In this document: positions 48,409 to 59,124 of the stretch, piece by piece
Layout of the letters: each line of letters opens with the position of its first letter
Numbering within the stretch: position 1 is the first letter of the stretch
Assembly (NCBI GenBank): GCA_009845425.1
Contig: VXZQ01000001.1
Coordinates: 101,303-165,302, forward strand
Length of the DNA: 64,000 bases
Reading direction: 5' to 3'
Source of the DNA: Holophagales bacterium
GTDB taxonomy: Bacteria > Acidobacteriota > Thermoanaerobaculia > Multivoradales > Multivoraceae
The notes under the pieces: model-generated
The model's database searches: none
Told to the model about the DNA's origin: nothing
What the model saw: the letters and a program-made list of their open reading frames with translations, nothing else
Position numbers and translations under genes: made by a program

Positions 48409-50181
48409 ATGCCGAAGCGGTCTCACTACCTGTTCGCCGCCGCGGTCGCAGCCGCGGCCCTCGGCGGCCCGGCCGCGCACGCCCAGTCCGGCGACGCGTT
48501 CGTCCCGGTCACCGACGAGATGCTCGAGAATCCGGCGCCCGGGGACTGGCTCATGTGGCGGCGCACCGCGAACGGCTGGGGCTACAGCCCGCTGGACCAG
48601 ATCACGCCGGAGAACGTCGGCGACCTGCGGATGGTGTGGACCCGCTCGCTCAACGACGGCAGCCAGACCGGCACGCCACTGGCCTACCGCGGCGTCATGT
48701 ACATGCCGAATCCGAACGACGTGATCCAGGCGCTCGACGCCGCGACCGGCGATCTGATCTGGGAGCACCGGCGCAAGATCCCCGAGGACGCGAAGGACTA
48801 CGTCGGCGGCTTCCTGTCCCAGAACAACCGGAACATCGCCATCTACGCGAACCTGATCATCGACACCAGCGTCGACGACCACCTCTTCGCGCTCGACGCT
48901 GAGACCGGCAAGATGGTCTGGGAGACGATGGTCCTCGACTACAAGGTCCATCCCGCGCTCCAGGGCGCCGGCCCGATCATCGGCAACGCCAAGGCGTTCT
49001 CGGGGCGCAGCTGCTCGCCGCGCGCCGGGCCCGAGGCCTGCGTGATCACGGCCCACGACGCGTTGACCGGCGAGGAGCTGTGGCGGCGCCTCACGATTCC
49101 CGCCCCCGGCGAACCGGGCGACGAGACCTGGGGCGACGTGCCGTTCGAGAAGCGGGTCCACGTCGGCTCCTGGATGCCGCCGAGCTACGACCCGGAACTC
49201 AACCTGGTCTTCGCCGGCACCTCGGTCACGGCGCCGGCGCCCAAGTTCATGCTGGGCGGAACGGACAGGACGCACCTGTACCACAACTCGACGCTCGCTC
49301 TCGACGGCGACACCGGCGAGATCGTCTGGCACTACCAGCACATGAACGACCACTGGGATCTCGACCATCCCTTCGAGCGTCTGATCGTCGACACCGCGGT
49401 GGCGCCGGATCCCGACGAGGTGGCCTGGATCAATCCGAACATCGAGCCCGGCGAAGTGCGCAAGGTGATCACCGGGATCCCCGGCAAGACGGCCCTCGTC
49501 TACTCCATCGATCGGGAGACCGGCGAGTTCCTGTGGGCGCGGCCGACCGTCTACCAGAACGTGATCCAGAGCATCGACGGCGAGACCGGCAAGGCGACCG
49601 AGAACCCGGAGGTCATCTTCCACGCCCTGGAGGAGGAGCGGCTCATCTGCCCGAACATGCACGGCGGCAAGGACTGGGAGGCCGGCGCCTACAGCCCGGA
49701 GACGAACACCCTGTACTACCCGCTGCGCAACATGTGCATGCCGACGCTCACGACGACCGACCCGAGCGCGTCCCACCCCTACTACGCCCTGAGCGTCCGC
49801 CACGAACTGGCGCCCGGCACGGAGAACCTCGGCACCGTCTACGCGATCTCCGCCGAAACCGGCAAGACAGTCTGGCTGCACGAACAGCGCGCCTCGACGA
49901 CCTCGCTGGTCGCCACCGGCGGCGGATTGCTCTTCGGCGGCGACGTGAACGGCCGCTTCAAGGCCTACAGCCAGGAGACGGGCGAGGTGCTGTGGGAGGT
50001 GAACCTCGGCGCGCCGGTTACCGGCTACCCGATCACCTACGCCGTCGACGGCACCCAGTACGTGGCGGTCAGCACCGGCATCTCGGCCACCACGTCGAGC
50101 TTCCTGCGGCTGACGCCCGAGCTCAAGCCCGGGTTCGCGAACAACCTGTTCGTCTTCGCGCTGGAGTACGCCAGTCCCTGA
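48409..50181 (+). CDS. PQQ-binding beta-propeller dehydrogenase (alcohol-dehydrogenase-like)
   Basis: VTDEML.NP..GDWLMWRRT..GWGYSPLDQI, TPL..GVMY, DHWDLD, GG.DW..AYSP, TGYPITYAVDG.QYVAV. Confidence 0.88.
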   Translation: MPKRSHYLFAAAVAAAALGGPAAHAQSGDAFVPVTDEMLENPAPGDWLMWRRTANGWGYSPLDQITPENVGDLRMVWTRSLNDGSQTGTPLAYRGVMYMPNPNDVIQALDAATGDLIWEHRRKIPEDAKDYVGGFLSQNNRNIAIYANLIIDTSVDDHLFALDAETGKMVWETMVLDYKVHPALQGAGPIIGNAKAFSGRSCSPRAGPEACVITAHDALTGEELWRRLTIPAPGEPGDETWGDVPFEKRVHVGSWMPPSYDPELNLVFAGTSVTAPAPKFMLGGTDRTHLYHNSTLALDGDTGEIVWHYQHMNDHWDLDHPFERLIVDTAVAPDPDEVAWINPNIEPGEVRKVITGIPGKTALVYSIDRETGEFLWARPTVYQNVIQSIDGETGKATENPEVIFHALEEERLICPNMHGGKDWEAGAYSPETNTLYYPLRNMCMPTLTTTDPSASHPYYALSVRHELAPGTENLGTVYAISAETGKTVWLHEQRASTTSLVATGGGLLFGGDVNGRFKAYSQETGEVLWEVNLGAPVTGYPITYAVDGTQYVAVSTGISATTSSFLRLTPELKPGFANNLFVFALEYASP

Positions 50182-50190
50182 GCCGCCGCC

Positions 50191-50457
50191 TCACCGGTAC
50201 ACCTCCCGGCGATGCCCGATGCGGACGACCAGAATCGTCAGCTCGTCGTGGAACGCTTCGTAGATGATCCGGTATCGCCCCACTCGAAGTCGACGCAGGC
50301 CCCCGAACTCGCCCTTGAGCGCGGCACCTGCGGAGGGTTCCTGAGCGAGACGGTCGATCGCCGCGACGAGCCGCGTTCGCTCCCGGGCCTCGATTCTCCT
50401 CAGAGTTCTGGCGGCGCTACCCTTGATCTTGATCGAGTAGCTCACGCTTGACGTCAT
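50191..50457 (-). CDS. RelE/ParE family toxin
   Basis: YSIKIK.SA.R.L, LKG...LRRLRVGRYRIIY, V.RIGHRREVYR. Confidence 0.9.
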   Translation of the reverse strand: MTSSVSYSIKIKGSAARTLRRIEARERTRLVAAIDRLAQEPSAGAALKGEFGGLRRLRVGRYRIIYEAFHDELTILVVRIGHRREVYR

Positions 50458-50644
50458 CCCAATCAAGGACCGGGTCGGCGGGATCGTTGAGTCGATCCAG
50501 CGCCAGACGCAGATCCTCGAAATCGTCGAGGTAGTACTCGAGCGCCTGCCTGACCAACTGCGCTCTCGAGCGATTCAACTGGCTCGCGGCGCGGTCGGCC
50601 TTCTCGACCAGGTCCTCGGGAAGTCTTGCGGTCACTTGCACCAT
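50417..50644 (-). CDS. Ribbon-helix-helix (CopG/RelB-like) antitoxin
   Basis: VTARLPEDLVEKAD......NRSRAQLVRQALEYYLDDFEDL; upstream of and overlapping the toxin. Confidence 0.85.
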   Translation of the reverse strand: MVQVTARLPEDLVEKADRAASQLNRSRAQLVRQALEYYLDDFEDLRLALDRLNDPADPVLDWDDVKRELLDQDQG

Positions 50645-50674
50645 TGTCGTCCTCTCTGACCCCACATGATGTCT

Positions 50675-50694
50675 TTGACTTCGCATGAAGTCAA
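50675..50694. promoter_or_regulatory. Palindromic operator / promoter of the RHH-RelE module
   Basis: TTGACTTC-GCAT-GAAGTCAA. On the minus strand TTGACT-17 nt-CATCAT overlaps it, about 30 bp upstream of the antitoxin ATG. Confidence 0.65.
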
Positions 50695-50736
50695 CAGCGT
50701 CGCTCAGCGTGGCGTCTCGACGACGCGGCCCACCGT

Positions 50737-51243
50737 TTACGGCAGCATTCGCTCGACCGCGATTCCCTCCAACAGGCTGGAGTTCGCTAGCAACTCCCAG
50801 TCACCGGCCGGGTACCCGTTGGCGCTCAGCAGGAACGCGACGATGTCGATGTACGCCTGGTCGCCAAGTGTCCCGGGTTCTTCCGGCGGCATGGTCGACT
50901 GGACGCTGGTGTAGATGTCCGCCACCTTGAGCCCGCGCCAGCGGAACCTGAACGCCACGCCGGTGAGACCCGGCGCCATTTCGCCGCCGCCCAGGCCCTC
51001 GCCGTGGCATTCGGCGCATTGCGCGTCGTAGGCGGCCCGACCTCGCTTCGCCTGTGCTTCGGTGAAGATGCCGTCGAGAACGGAGGCCGGCGGTGCGGCC
51101 GGTTCAGACTCCGCTGCCGCTGGCGGTGCCTGGGCCGGAGCGGACGGCGGCGTCGTCACGATCGCCGTCGAGCAGGCCAAGGTGGACGCCAAGACCGGTA
51201 CTGTGACCCCGACCGCAGTGAGGAAGGCCCTTCGGGTTGCCAT
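50737..51243 (-). CDS. Monoheme c-type cytochrome
   Basis: QAKRG..Y.AQCAECHG, axial MPP, DIVAFLL..NG; N-terminal RRAFL and possible LAC lipobox. Confidence 0.88.
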   Translation of the reverse strand: MATRRAFLTAVGVTVPVLASTLACSTAIVTTPPSAPAQAPPAAAESEPAAPPASVLDGIFTEAQAKRGRAAYDAQCAECHGEGLGGGEMAPGLTGVAFRFRWRGLKVADIYTSVQSTMPPEEPGTLGDQAYIDIVAFLLSANGYPAGDWELLANSSLLEGIAVERMLP

Positions 51244-51300
51244 CGTCGCCAACGTACTACGCGGTCGCCTCGCAGGTACAGAGACCTCCGGGCCCGCTCC

Positions 51301-51843
51301 TCAGAACGACGACCCGGGCTCCCGAAGGAACGCGATCTCCTCTGGCGTCGAAGAGCGGCCGAGGACGCGGTTGCGATGTGGGTAGCGCCCAAAGCGATCG
51401 ATGATCGCCTTGTGCCGCCGCTCGAAGTCCAGGCTCTCCGGGTCGTCGAGGCTCTCGAACAACTGGACCGCGATCTCGTGGATCCGCGGCGACTCGCTGT
51501 GCTGGTAGGGCATGTAGAAGAACTGCCGCTGGACCGGCGGAACAGCTTGATCGGCGCCAATCCGCACCGCCTCCTGGGCCAGCGCCAATGCCATCGCGTC
51601 GGCCGCGAAGGCGCGCGGGTCCTCGCGGTAGAGGTTGCGCGAGAACTGGTCGAGCACGATGATCTCGGCGAGGCGCCCTTCCGGCGTATCCCGCCAGCCG
51701 TGCAGCTCTCCCCGAACCGCCTGGTCGTGCAGTGCTCCGAACCGAGAGCGGATTGCCGCGTCGAACTGCGGATCGCTGGTCCACCATTGCTTGGGGCCGT
51801 TCTCTTCAAACCAGAAAGTCAGGACTTCTTCGATCATGTTCAC
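51301..51843 (-). CDS. DUF924 family protein
   Basis: VLTFWF, FD..I..RF, LA.IIVLDQFSRNLYR, FFYMPYQHSE, H..II.RFGRYPHRN..LGR.STPEE. Confidence 0.92.
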   Translation of the reverse strand: MNMIEEVLTFWFEENGPKQWWTSDPQFDAAIRSRFGALHDQAVRGELHGWRDTPEGRLAEIIVLDQFSRNLYREDPRAFAADAMALALAQEAVRIGADQAVPPVQRQFFYMPYQHSESPRIHEIAVQLFESLDDPESLDFERRHKAIIDRFGRYPHRNRVLGRSSTPEEIAFLREPGSSF

Positions 51844-51866
51844 GTGTTCTATCCTCTACTACCTCC

Positions 51867-54800
51867 ATGCTTCAGAGATCGTCCCGCCTGTTCCTGACGG
51901 CGCTGGCAATCGCGGCCTGCGGCTCTACGGCCTCGCTGTGGGCCGCCGCCGCCGAGCCGGCGCCCGCCGTCGACTTCCAGCGCGATGTCCGGCCGATCCT
52001 CTCCGACAACTGCTTCGCCTGCCACGGTCCCGACGAGGCGACTCGCGAAGCCGATCTGAGGCTCGATACGCGGGACGGCGCTTTCAGTGCGCGGCCTCCG
52101 GCGGGCCGGAGCAACCGACCGCGCGGTCCTGCGGTCGTCGCCGGCGACATCGACGCCAGTCTGCTGGTGGAGCGCATCAACCACGCGGACCCGCTGCGGC
52201 GGATGCCGCCCGAGGTGTCGCAGAAGTCACTCTCCGACGAGCAGATCGGGACCCTTACCCGCTGGATCGAGCAGGGCGCGCCCTGGGACGAGCACTGGTC
52301 CTTCGCCGCCATCGAGCGGCCGGCGCCGCCGACGGTCGACGACGAGGCCTGGGCCCGCGATCCGCTCGACCGCTTCATCCTGGCGCGTCTCGAAGCGGAG
52401 GAACTCACACCCGCCGAGGAGGCCGACCGCCCCACCCTGGCCCGGCGCGCCGCCCTCGACCTGACCGGACTTCCGCCCGATCCGGGAACGCTCGCGACCT
52501 TCCTCGACGACACGGAAGAAGGCGCCTACGAGCGCCTCGTCGACCGCCTCCTCGCCTCGCCGCACTGGGGCGAGCACCGCGCCCGCTACTGGCTGGACGC
52601 GGCCCGCTACGGCGACACCCACGGCATCCACATCGACAACTACCGCGAGATGTATGCCTACCGGGACTGGGTGATCAAGGCGTTCAACCGGAACCAGCCG
52701 TTCGACGAGTTCACGGTCGATCAGATCGCCGGCGACCTGCTGCCGGAACCGACTCTCGACCAGTTGATCGCCACCGGCCTTCAGCGCAACAACATCACGA
52801 CGAACGAGGGCGGGGTCGTGATCGAGGAGTACGAGGCGATCTACGCCAAGGACCGGGCCGAGACGATCGGCAGCGTCTTCATGGGCCTGACCGTCGGCTG
52901 CGCGACCTGCCATGACCACAAGTTCGACCCGATCAGCCAGCGCGAGTTCTACGCGCTGACCGCGTTCTTCAGGAACACGACGCAGTACGTGATGGACGGC
53001 AACATTTCCGATCCGCCGCCGACGCTCGTGGTGCCCCGGGACGAGGACCGCGACACCTGGTACCGGTTGCGCGAGGAGATCGGCGAGATCGAGGACGCGC
53101 TGGCGGAACGCCCGGACGCGATGGAAGCTGCGTTCGAGGAGTGGCTCGGCGCCGGCGCCCATCAGTCCATCGAAGCGCCGCTGGGAACGGCCTCCGAGCT
53201 GCTGCGGCTCGATCTCGACGGCGAGGAACCGACCGCGATCCTGAAGGGCGAACGGCAGCCCCTCGCCTCGTCACAAGGGATCCGCATCGAGCCCGGCCCG
53301 AAAGATCTGCCCGCGGTGCTCTTCGACGGAGAATCCTGGGTCGAGCTGCCGAACCTCGAACTCGACACGGACTCGCCGTTCTCGCTGGCCCTCTGGGTCC
53401 GCATGCCGGAAGCCGAGGGCACCTACACGATCGCGAGCCAGTACGACCCGACCGACGGCAACCGCGGCTGGGCGATGACCCTGGCTGCACGGGAGCTTTA
53501 CTTCGGCCTCTACGGCGATCGAGCGGGACCCGGCCGGGGCGTCACCAGCATCCTGATCAACCCGAACAACACGCAGCGGCTCACTCCCGGCGAGTGGACC
53601 CACATCGTCGCCACCTACGACGGCTCCGGCGAACGCGGCGGCATGCACATCTACCGCGACGGTGGTCGCGTTCCCGAGCAGGGCAGCGAGTACTTCAGGA
53701 AGGTCGAGGGCCGCATCCGCACCGACCGGCCGTTCTACCTCGGGCGGGGCGACGTGAGGGACGACGGCAAGCCGCGGACGCTGGCCGGCGGCGCCGTCGC
53801 CGACGTGCGCGTCTTCGACCGCGTGCTGTCAGTAGAGGAAGCGAAGGTCGTCTCGGAGTGGAGTGCGCTCCGGACGGCTGCCGCCAAGGCGCCGGTGGCA
53901 CTCGACGCCCTCGAGCGCGAGGCGCTGCGACGCTCCTACCTCAAGACACACGACGACGAGTGGCGCCGGCTCGCCTCCCGCCGGCTCGAGATCGAAGCGG
54001 AGTGGCGCGAACTCCGCCGCCGCGGCACGATCACTCACGTCATGCAGGAACTCCCGGACAGCGAGCCGGCGGCCCACGTCCTCTACCGCGGCAACTACGA
54101 CCAGCCGCGCGAGCGGGTGACTGCGAGAACGCCGGCCGCGCTGCCCCCGATGCCGGAGGACCTGCCCCGCAACCGGCTGGGCCTCGCCCAGTGGCTGGTG
54201 GACGAGACGAACCCGCTGACGGCGCGGGTCACCGTCAACCGCTTCTGGCAGCAGGTCTTCGGCACCGGGCTCGTCGTCACTGCCGAGGACTTCGGCGCCC
54301 AGGGCGACGTGCCGTCGCACCCCGCGCTCCTCGACTTTCTTTCGACCGAGTTCCGGGAATCGGGCTGGGACGTCAAGGGCTTCTTCCGGCGGCTGGTGAC
54401 CTCGTCGACCTACCGGCAGGCGGCCACGCTCACGCCAGAGAAGCTGGAGCAGGACCCGGATAACCGGCTGCTCTCGCGCGGCCCGCGTTTCCGCATGGAC
54501 GCCGAGATGGTCCGCGACACGGCGCTCGCCGCCAGCGGCCTCCTGGTGCGCACGATCGGCGGTCCGAGCGTCAAGCCGTACCAGCCGGAAGGGCACTGGG
54601 AGCGGGTGGCGATGAACGCCAGTAACACGTCCCGTTACCAGCAGGACTCGGGGAACAAGCTCTACCGGCGGAGCCTCTACACCTTCTGGAAGCGCGCCGC
54701 GCCGCCGCCGTCGATGACGATCTTCGACGCCGGGAACCGCGAGCACTCGATGGTCCGCCGCGAACGAACGAACACGCCGCTTCAGGCACTGGTCACGATG

Positions 54801-55118
54801 AACGACACGCAGTTCGTCGAGGCGTCGCGCTTCCTCGCCCAGCGGGCGATGCGCGAGGCCGGCGACGACTTCGACCGCCGGCTCGACTACCTCACGACTC
54901 GACTCCTGGCCAGGGACTTCAACGACTCGGAGCGGGCGGTAGCGCGACGGACGTACGACGGCCTGATCGACCTCTACGGCGCCGACGAAGCAGCGGCGAA
55001 GAAGCTCGTCGACGTTGGCGAATCGGCCCACGACGCCGGCCTGCCCATGGCCGAGTCCGCGGCCTGGACGATGATGGCGAGCCAGTTGATGAACCTGGAC
55101 GAGACCCTGAACAAGTAG
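51867..55118 (+). CDS. PSD1/planctomycete cytochrome c protein (DUF1549 + LamG-like + DUF1553)
   Basis: [42 protein letters not shown], LamG-like [40 protein letters not shown]; start moved to ATG 51867. Confidence 0.9.
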   Translation: MLQRSSRLFLTALAIAACGSTASLWAAAAEPAPAVDFQRDVRPILSDNCFACHGPDEATREADLRLDTRDGAFSARPPAGRSNRPRGPAVVAGDIDASLLVERINHADPLRRMPPEVSQKSLSDEQIGTLTRWIEQGAPWDEHWSFAAIERPAPPTVDDEAWARDPLDRFILARLEAEELTPAEEADRPTLARRAALDLTGLPPDPGTLATFLDDTEEGAYERLVDRLLASPHWGEHRARYWLDAARYGDTHGIHIDNYREMYAYRDWVIKAFNRNQPFDEFTVDQIAGDLLPEPTLDQLIATGLQRNNITTNEGGVVIEEYEAIYAKDRAETIGSVFMGLTVGCATCHDHKFDPISQREFYALTAFFRNTTQYVMDGNISDPPPTLVVPRDEDRDTWYRLREEIGEIEDALAERPDAMEAAFEEWLGAGAHQSIEAPLGTASELLRLDLDGEEPTAILKGERQPLASSQGIRIEPGPKDLPAVLFDGESWVELPNLELDTDSPFSLALWVRMPEAEGTYTIASQYDPTDGNRGWAMTLAARELYFGLYGDRAGPGRGVTSILINPNNTQRLTPGEWTHIVATYDGSGERGGMHIYRDGGRVPEQGSEYFRKVEGRIRTDRPFYLGRGDVRDDGKPRTLAGGAVADVRVFDRVLSVEEAKVVSEWSALRTAAAKAPVALDALEREALRRSYLKTHDDEWRRLASRRLEIEAEWRELRRRGTITHVMQELPDSEPAAHVLYRGNYDQPRERVTARTPAALPPMPEDLPRNRLGLAQWLVDETNPLTARVTVNRFWQQVFGTGLVVTAEDFGAQGDVPSHPALLDFLSTEFRESGWDVKGFFRRLVTSSTYRQAATLTPEKLEQDPDNRLLSRGPRFRMDAEMVRDTALAASGLLVRTIGGPSVKPYQPEGHWERVAMNASNTSRYQQDSGNKLYRRSLYTFWKRAAPPPSMTIFDAGNREHSMVRRERTNTPLQALVTMNDTQFVEASRFLAQRAMREAGDDFDRRLDYLTTRLLARDFNDSERAVARRTYDGLIDLYGADEAAAKKLVDVGESAHDAGLPMAESAAWTMMASQLMNLDETLNK

Positions 55119-55134
55119 CCGGAGGCCTTAGGGA

Positions 55135-56601
55135 ATGGACCCATTCAAGGAAACCGTTCGAGCCGAGACCAGGCGCCAGTTCTTCGGTACGGCCGCGCGA
55201 GGCATCGGCGGACTGGCGCTGGCCAGCCTGTTCGCCGAGGACGCTTTCGCTCTCCCCGCAGCCAGGGACCGGTTCGGCGGCCTGCCCGACCTGCCGCACT
55301 TCGCGCCGAAGGCGAAGCAGTGCATCTATCTCCACATGATGGGCGCGCCGCCGCAGATGGACCTGCTCGACTACAAACCGAAAATGAAGGAGTACTTCGA
55401 CCAGGACCTGCCCGACTCGATCCGGCAGGGGCAGCGGCTGACGACGATGACCTCCGGCCAATCCCGCTTCCCGATCGCGCCGTCCGTCTTCGAGTTCTCA
55501 CAACACGGCGGGAACGGCGCCTGGTTCTCCGAACTCCTGCCCCACACGGCGAGCATGGCGGACGACATCGCGATCATCCGCTCGATGCACACCGACGCGA
55601 TCAACCACGAGCCGGGCATCACCTTCATCCAGACCGGCCAGCAGATTCCCGGGCGGCCGTGCATCGGCTCCTGGTTCGCCTACGGCCTCGGCAGCCTGAA
55701 CGAGGACCTGCCGACCTTCGTCGTAATGAACGCGGAGCGCAGCCACCCGGCGGCGGGCCTCCAGGCGATCTCGGCGAAGCTCTGGAGCGCCGGTTTCCTT
55801 TCCCCCGAGTACGCAGGCGTGGGGCTCCAGACCGGCGACGAGCCGGTGCTCTACCTCAAGGATCCACACGGCGTCTCGCCGGATGTCCGGCGACGGGTGC
55901 TCGACGGCATGAGCGAGCTGAACCGGCTGCGCCACGCCCAGGTCGGCGACCCGGAGACCCTGGCCCGCATCGAGCAGTACGAGATGGCGTTCCGCATGCA
56001 GTCCTCGGTGCCGGAGATGGCGGACCTCTCGAGTGAGCCGGAGAGCACCTGGGAACGCTGGGGCGAGGAAGCCCGGGAGCCCGGCAAGTTCCAGAACGCG
56101 GCCTTGATGGCCCGGCGTCTGGTCGAGCGCGGCGTGCGCTTCGTGCAGATCTACCACCGCGGCTGGGACGTCCACTCCCTCCTGCCCACGGTGCTGCCTG
56201 CCCAGGCCCGCGACGTCGACCGGGCCGCCTGGGCGCTGATCCAGGACCTGAAGGAGCGCGGTCTCTTCGACGAGACCCTGGTCATCTGGGGCGGCGAGTT
56301 CGGACGGACGATCTACTCCCAGGGGGCCCTCACCGCTGAGAACTACGGCCGCGACCATCATCCGCGCTGCTTCAGCATCTGGATGGCCGGCGGCGGGGTC
56401 AGGGGCGGCGTCGTCCACGGCGAGACGGACGACTTCTCGTACAACATCGTCAAGGACCCGGTGCACATCCACGACTTCCAGGCCACGGTGCTGCACCTGT
56501 TCGGCATCGACCACGAACGGTTCACGTACCGGCACCAGGGCCTCGACGCCCGGTTGACCGGCGTCGAGAAGGCGCGGGTGGTCAGGGAAGTCCTCGCCTA
56601 G
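55135..56601 (+). CDS. DUF1501 family protein (Tat substrate)
   Basis: TRRQFF, AKQCIYLHM.G.P.QMDL.DYKP, ARRLVERGVRFVQ, WD.H, GEFGRT, GRDHH. Confidence 0.92.
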   Translation: MDPFKETVRAETRRQFFGTAARGIGGLALASLFAEDAFALPAARDRFGGLPDLPHFAPKAKQCIYLHMMGAPPQMDLLDYKPKMKEYFDQDLPDSIRQGQRLTTMTSGQSRFPIAPSVFEFSQHGGNGAWFSELLPHTASMADDIAIIRSMHTDAINHEPGITFIQTGQQIPGRPCIGSWFAYGLGSLNEDLPTFVVMNAERSHPAAGLQAISAKLWSAGFLSPEYAGVGLQTGDEPVLYLKDPHGVSPDVRRRVLDGMSELNRLRHAQVGDPETLARIEQYEMAFRMQSSVPEMADLSSEPESTWERWGEEAREPGKFQNAALMARRLVERGVRFVQIYHRGWDVHSLLPTVLPAQARDVDRAAWALIQDLKERGLFDETLVIWGGEFGRTIYSQGALTAENYGRDHHPRCFSIWMAGGGVRGGVVHGETDDFSYNIVKDPVHIHDFQATVLHLFGIDHERFTYRHQGLDARLTGVEKARVVREVLA

Positions 56602-57884
56602 GAACCACCGGCGTAGCGCCGGCTGATCGCGGCCTGCCGTGCCGCCACGATCCGCGCGCGTTCCGCGGGAGAGACCCTCACCGTTTCGGGCGGCAGGTAC
56701 CGGTCGAGTTCGTCCAGCTTGACGACGCGGGCGTTGATGCCGGTCGGGTACTCGCTGCAGTACGTCCACCGGGCACAGAGCGAACCCTCGGCCCAGCCGG
56801 CGGTGTCCAGCCAGTTCTGCACGCCGGGGTCCCGGCCGCTGATGACGTAGCGCACCCGGCCGTCGGCGTCCGCGTGGGCGGTGCGGTGATTCAGGCTCGA
56901 CTGGTGGCTGGCGTAGTCGAGCGACTCCATCCACGGATTGGCGAGCTGGATGTTCGTGTACCGGCAGTCGGCGATCGGCACGTCCACCAGCAGGGCTTCA
57001 TCTTCCTCCAGCCGGAAGTAACCCCGGGCGCCCGCCTGGAAGGCGTCGGCCATCGCCAGATTCGGGTCGGACTCGGCGGGTTCTTCCACCGTGTTGGGCC
57101 GCAGCCTGAGCTGAAACGTGATCCGATGCGCGAGCGTCAGGAGCTCTCGCAGGGAACGGGTCTGCGTCACGGCGTCATCGAGCGCCCGTGCCACCGATTC
57201 CGGCGTCGGGCGGGGCGCGCCAGTTCCCAGCGTGGTCAGATTGAGAATCTCCCACAGACCTTCGTCGGTCCTCTCCCAATCGGAGACCAGGCGCCTTACC
57301 ACGACGATGTGCGCGTCCGGTTCCAGCTTCAGCCAGTCGCCTTCGGCCCGTGCGGCGCTGAGCGTCAGGACGAAATCGCCGTTCTCGTCGATGTCGAGAT
57401 CGTCCGAGGCGATGCTCGAAACGGTGCGGATCTGGCTGACCGGCGTATGGCCGAGCATGCCGCTGTAGACATTGATCGTGACGAGGTCGAAGCTGGTCGT
57501 GTTGCCACGCAACCGGTAGACGTGATCGCCCCGCACGGCAAACACGAGATAGGGATTGTCCGGATTGTCCCAACCGACGCGGGCGACGCCGTTGGGGAAG
57601 CGCGAGAACTGCGGGTAGTCCGGGTCCCGCAGGTCGGTGTACTCGGCCAGGAAGGTCGAGAGATAGCGGGCGATGTGGCGGTACCCCGCAGCCGCGGTCT
57701 GCTCGTCCCGATTGAACGGCGCGCTCTCGATGGCACGGCCGAGGTCCGCGACCTCCTCGGCGAACCGGCTCCAGGCCGCGTTCACCTCCTCCTGCTCCTC
57801 CGTTTGGGGATTGAAGAAGAACGCGAAGTACAGCGCCAGCACGATGACGACGAGGGCCGCCAGGCAGTAGAGGAGGATCTTCAT
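56598..57884 (-). CDS. DUF1214-like domain protein with N-terminal anchor
   Basis: DPDYPQF, GWDNPDN.Y, Y...G, D..G.F.L.LS, QL.N.WMESLDY, DG..R.VIS..DPGV.NWLDT.G. Confidence 0.75.
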   Translation of the reverse strand: MKILLYCLAALVVIVLALYFAFFFNPQTEEQEEVNAAWSRFAEEVADLGRAIESAPFNRDEQTAAAGYRHIARYLSTFLAEYTDLRDPDYPQFSRFPNGVARVGWDNPDNPYLVFAVRGDHVYRLRGNTTSFDLVTINVYSGMLGHTPVSQIRTVSSIASDDLDIDENGDFVLTLSAARAEGDWLKLEPDAHIVVVRRLVSDWERTDEGLWEILNLTTLGTGAPRPTPESVARALDDAVTQTRSLRELLTLAHRITFQLRLRPNTVEEPAESDPNLAMADAFQAGARGYFRLEEDEALLVDVPIADCRYTNIQLANPWMESLDYASHQSSLNHRTAHADADGRVRYVISGRDPGVQNWLDTAGWAEGSLCARWTYCSEYPTGINARVVKLDELDRYLPPETVRVSPAERARIVAARQAAISRRYAGGS

Positions 57885-57979
57885 GGCTGGTTCTCACGGT
57901 TGAGGCACATGCGGCCATGTTGCTGGATGGCGCGGTCGGACGCAATCGAGGAACGACTGGGTACGCCCCCGGCGCTACC

Positions 57980-59098
57980 ATGACAACCGTGGAGGCCCCC
58001 AGGACCGCCGGGCAGCACCCGTTCACGATGGCGCCGCTCGGGGTCTGGCTGCGGCTGATCGCGGACAACGGCGGCGTGCCGCCGCGATACTGGGGCAAGC
58101 TGGCGAAGGTGCTCGCGGTCAGTGCCCTGATGACTCCGTTGCGGGTCGCCGAGCGCCTCCGCTACGGCCCGTCCAGGATGGCGCGAATCGCCATCGACGA
58201 GGCGCCGCTGTACGTCCACGGCTTCGGTCGCTCGGGCACGACGCATCTGCACAACCTGCTCGCCCAGGACCCGGGTTTCGGCATCGTCTCTACATTCCAG
58301 GCCATCGCGGCGCCCATGTTCCTGGTCGCGCGCGGTCGGCTGGAGCGGTTCGTCGCCAACGGAATGCCCGCGACACGTCCGATGGACAACATGGCCGTGT
58401 CCGTCGAGCTGCCCCAGGAGGAAGAGATCGCCCTCGCGAACACGTCGCACCTGTCGTTCGTACACCACCTCTCCTTCCCCAACCGGGCGAGGGAGTACCA
58501 GGAGAAGTACGCCACCATGCGGCTGACCAGGTCCGAGATGGCGCGGTGGGAACGCGCCTATCTGAACGTGCTGCGCAAGGCCACGCTCGCCTCCGGTGGG
58601 CGCCGGCTCGTGCTCAAGAGCCCAACGAATCTCGGCCGCACCGCCGAACTGCTGCGCCTGTTTCCCGACGCGAAGTTCGTCCACATCGTGCGCAATCCCT
58701 ACATCGTCTACGAGTCGATGACGAACCTGTACCGGCACGTTCTGCGTATCTGTCAACTGGACGATGCGGAACCGGAAGAGGTGGTCGCCGGCATGCTCGA
58801 CTCCTACGCCGCGATGATGAAGCAGTACATGAAGGACCGGGAATCGATCCCGGAAGGACACCTGGCCGAAGTGCGCTTCGAGAGTCTCGAACGAGCGCCC
58901 ATGGCGGAACTCGAGCGTCTCTACGACGAGCTGGCGCTGCCGGGCTGGGAGCGGGCCCGCAAGCCGATCAGCGACTACCTGGCGACCTTGTCGGGCTATC
59001 GGAAGAATGCCTATGGGATCGACCCCGAGACGATCGACGTCGTCGACCGGAACTGGGGCTTCGCCGTGGAGGCCTGGGGCTACCGGCCGCCGAAGTAA
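57980..59098 (+). CDS. Sulfotransferase (Sulfotransfer_3 / mycobacterial Stf3-like)
   Basis: PAPS loop GFGRSGTTHLHNLL, RPMDN...PQEEE, LVLKSP, FPDAKFVHIVRNPY...S, RFE.L. Confidence 0.9.
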   Translation: MTTVEAPRTAGQHPFTMAPLGVWLRLIADNGGVPPRYWGKLAKVLAVSALMTPLRVAERLRYGPSRMARIAIDEAPLYVHGFGRSGTTHLHNLLAQDPGFGIVSTFQAIAAPMFLVARGRLERFVANGMPATRPMDNMAVSVELPQEEEIALANTSHLSFVHHLSFPNRAREYQEKYATMRLTRSEMARWERAYLNVLRKATLASGGRRLVLKSPTNLGRTAELLRLFPDAKFVHIVRNPYIVYESMTNLYRHVLRICQLDDAEPEEVVAGMLDSYAAMMKQYMKDRESIPEGHLAEVRFESLERAPMAELERLYDELALPGWERARKPISDYLATLSGYRKNAYGIDPETIDVVDRNWGFAVEAWGYRPPK

Positions 59099-59124
59099 CG
59101 ACCAGGAGGAGAGGAGACGAACTC

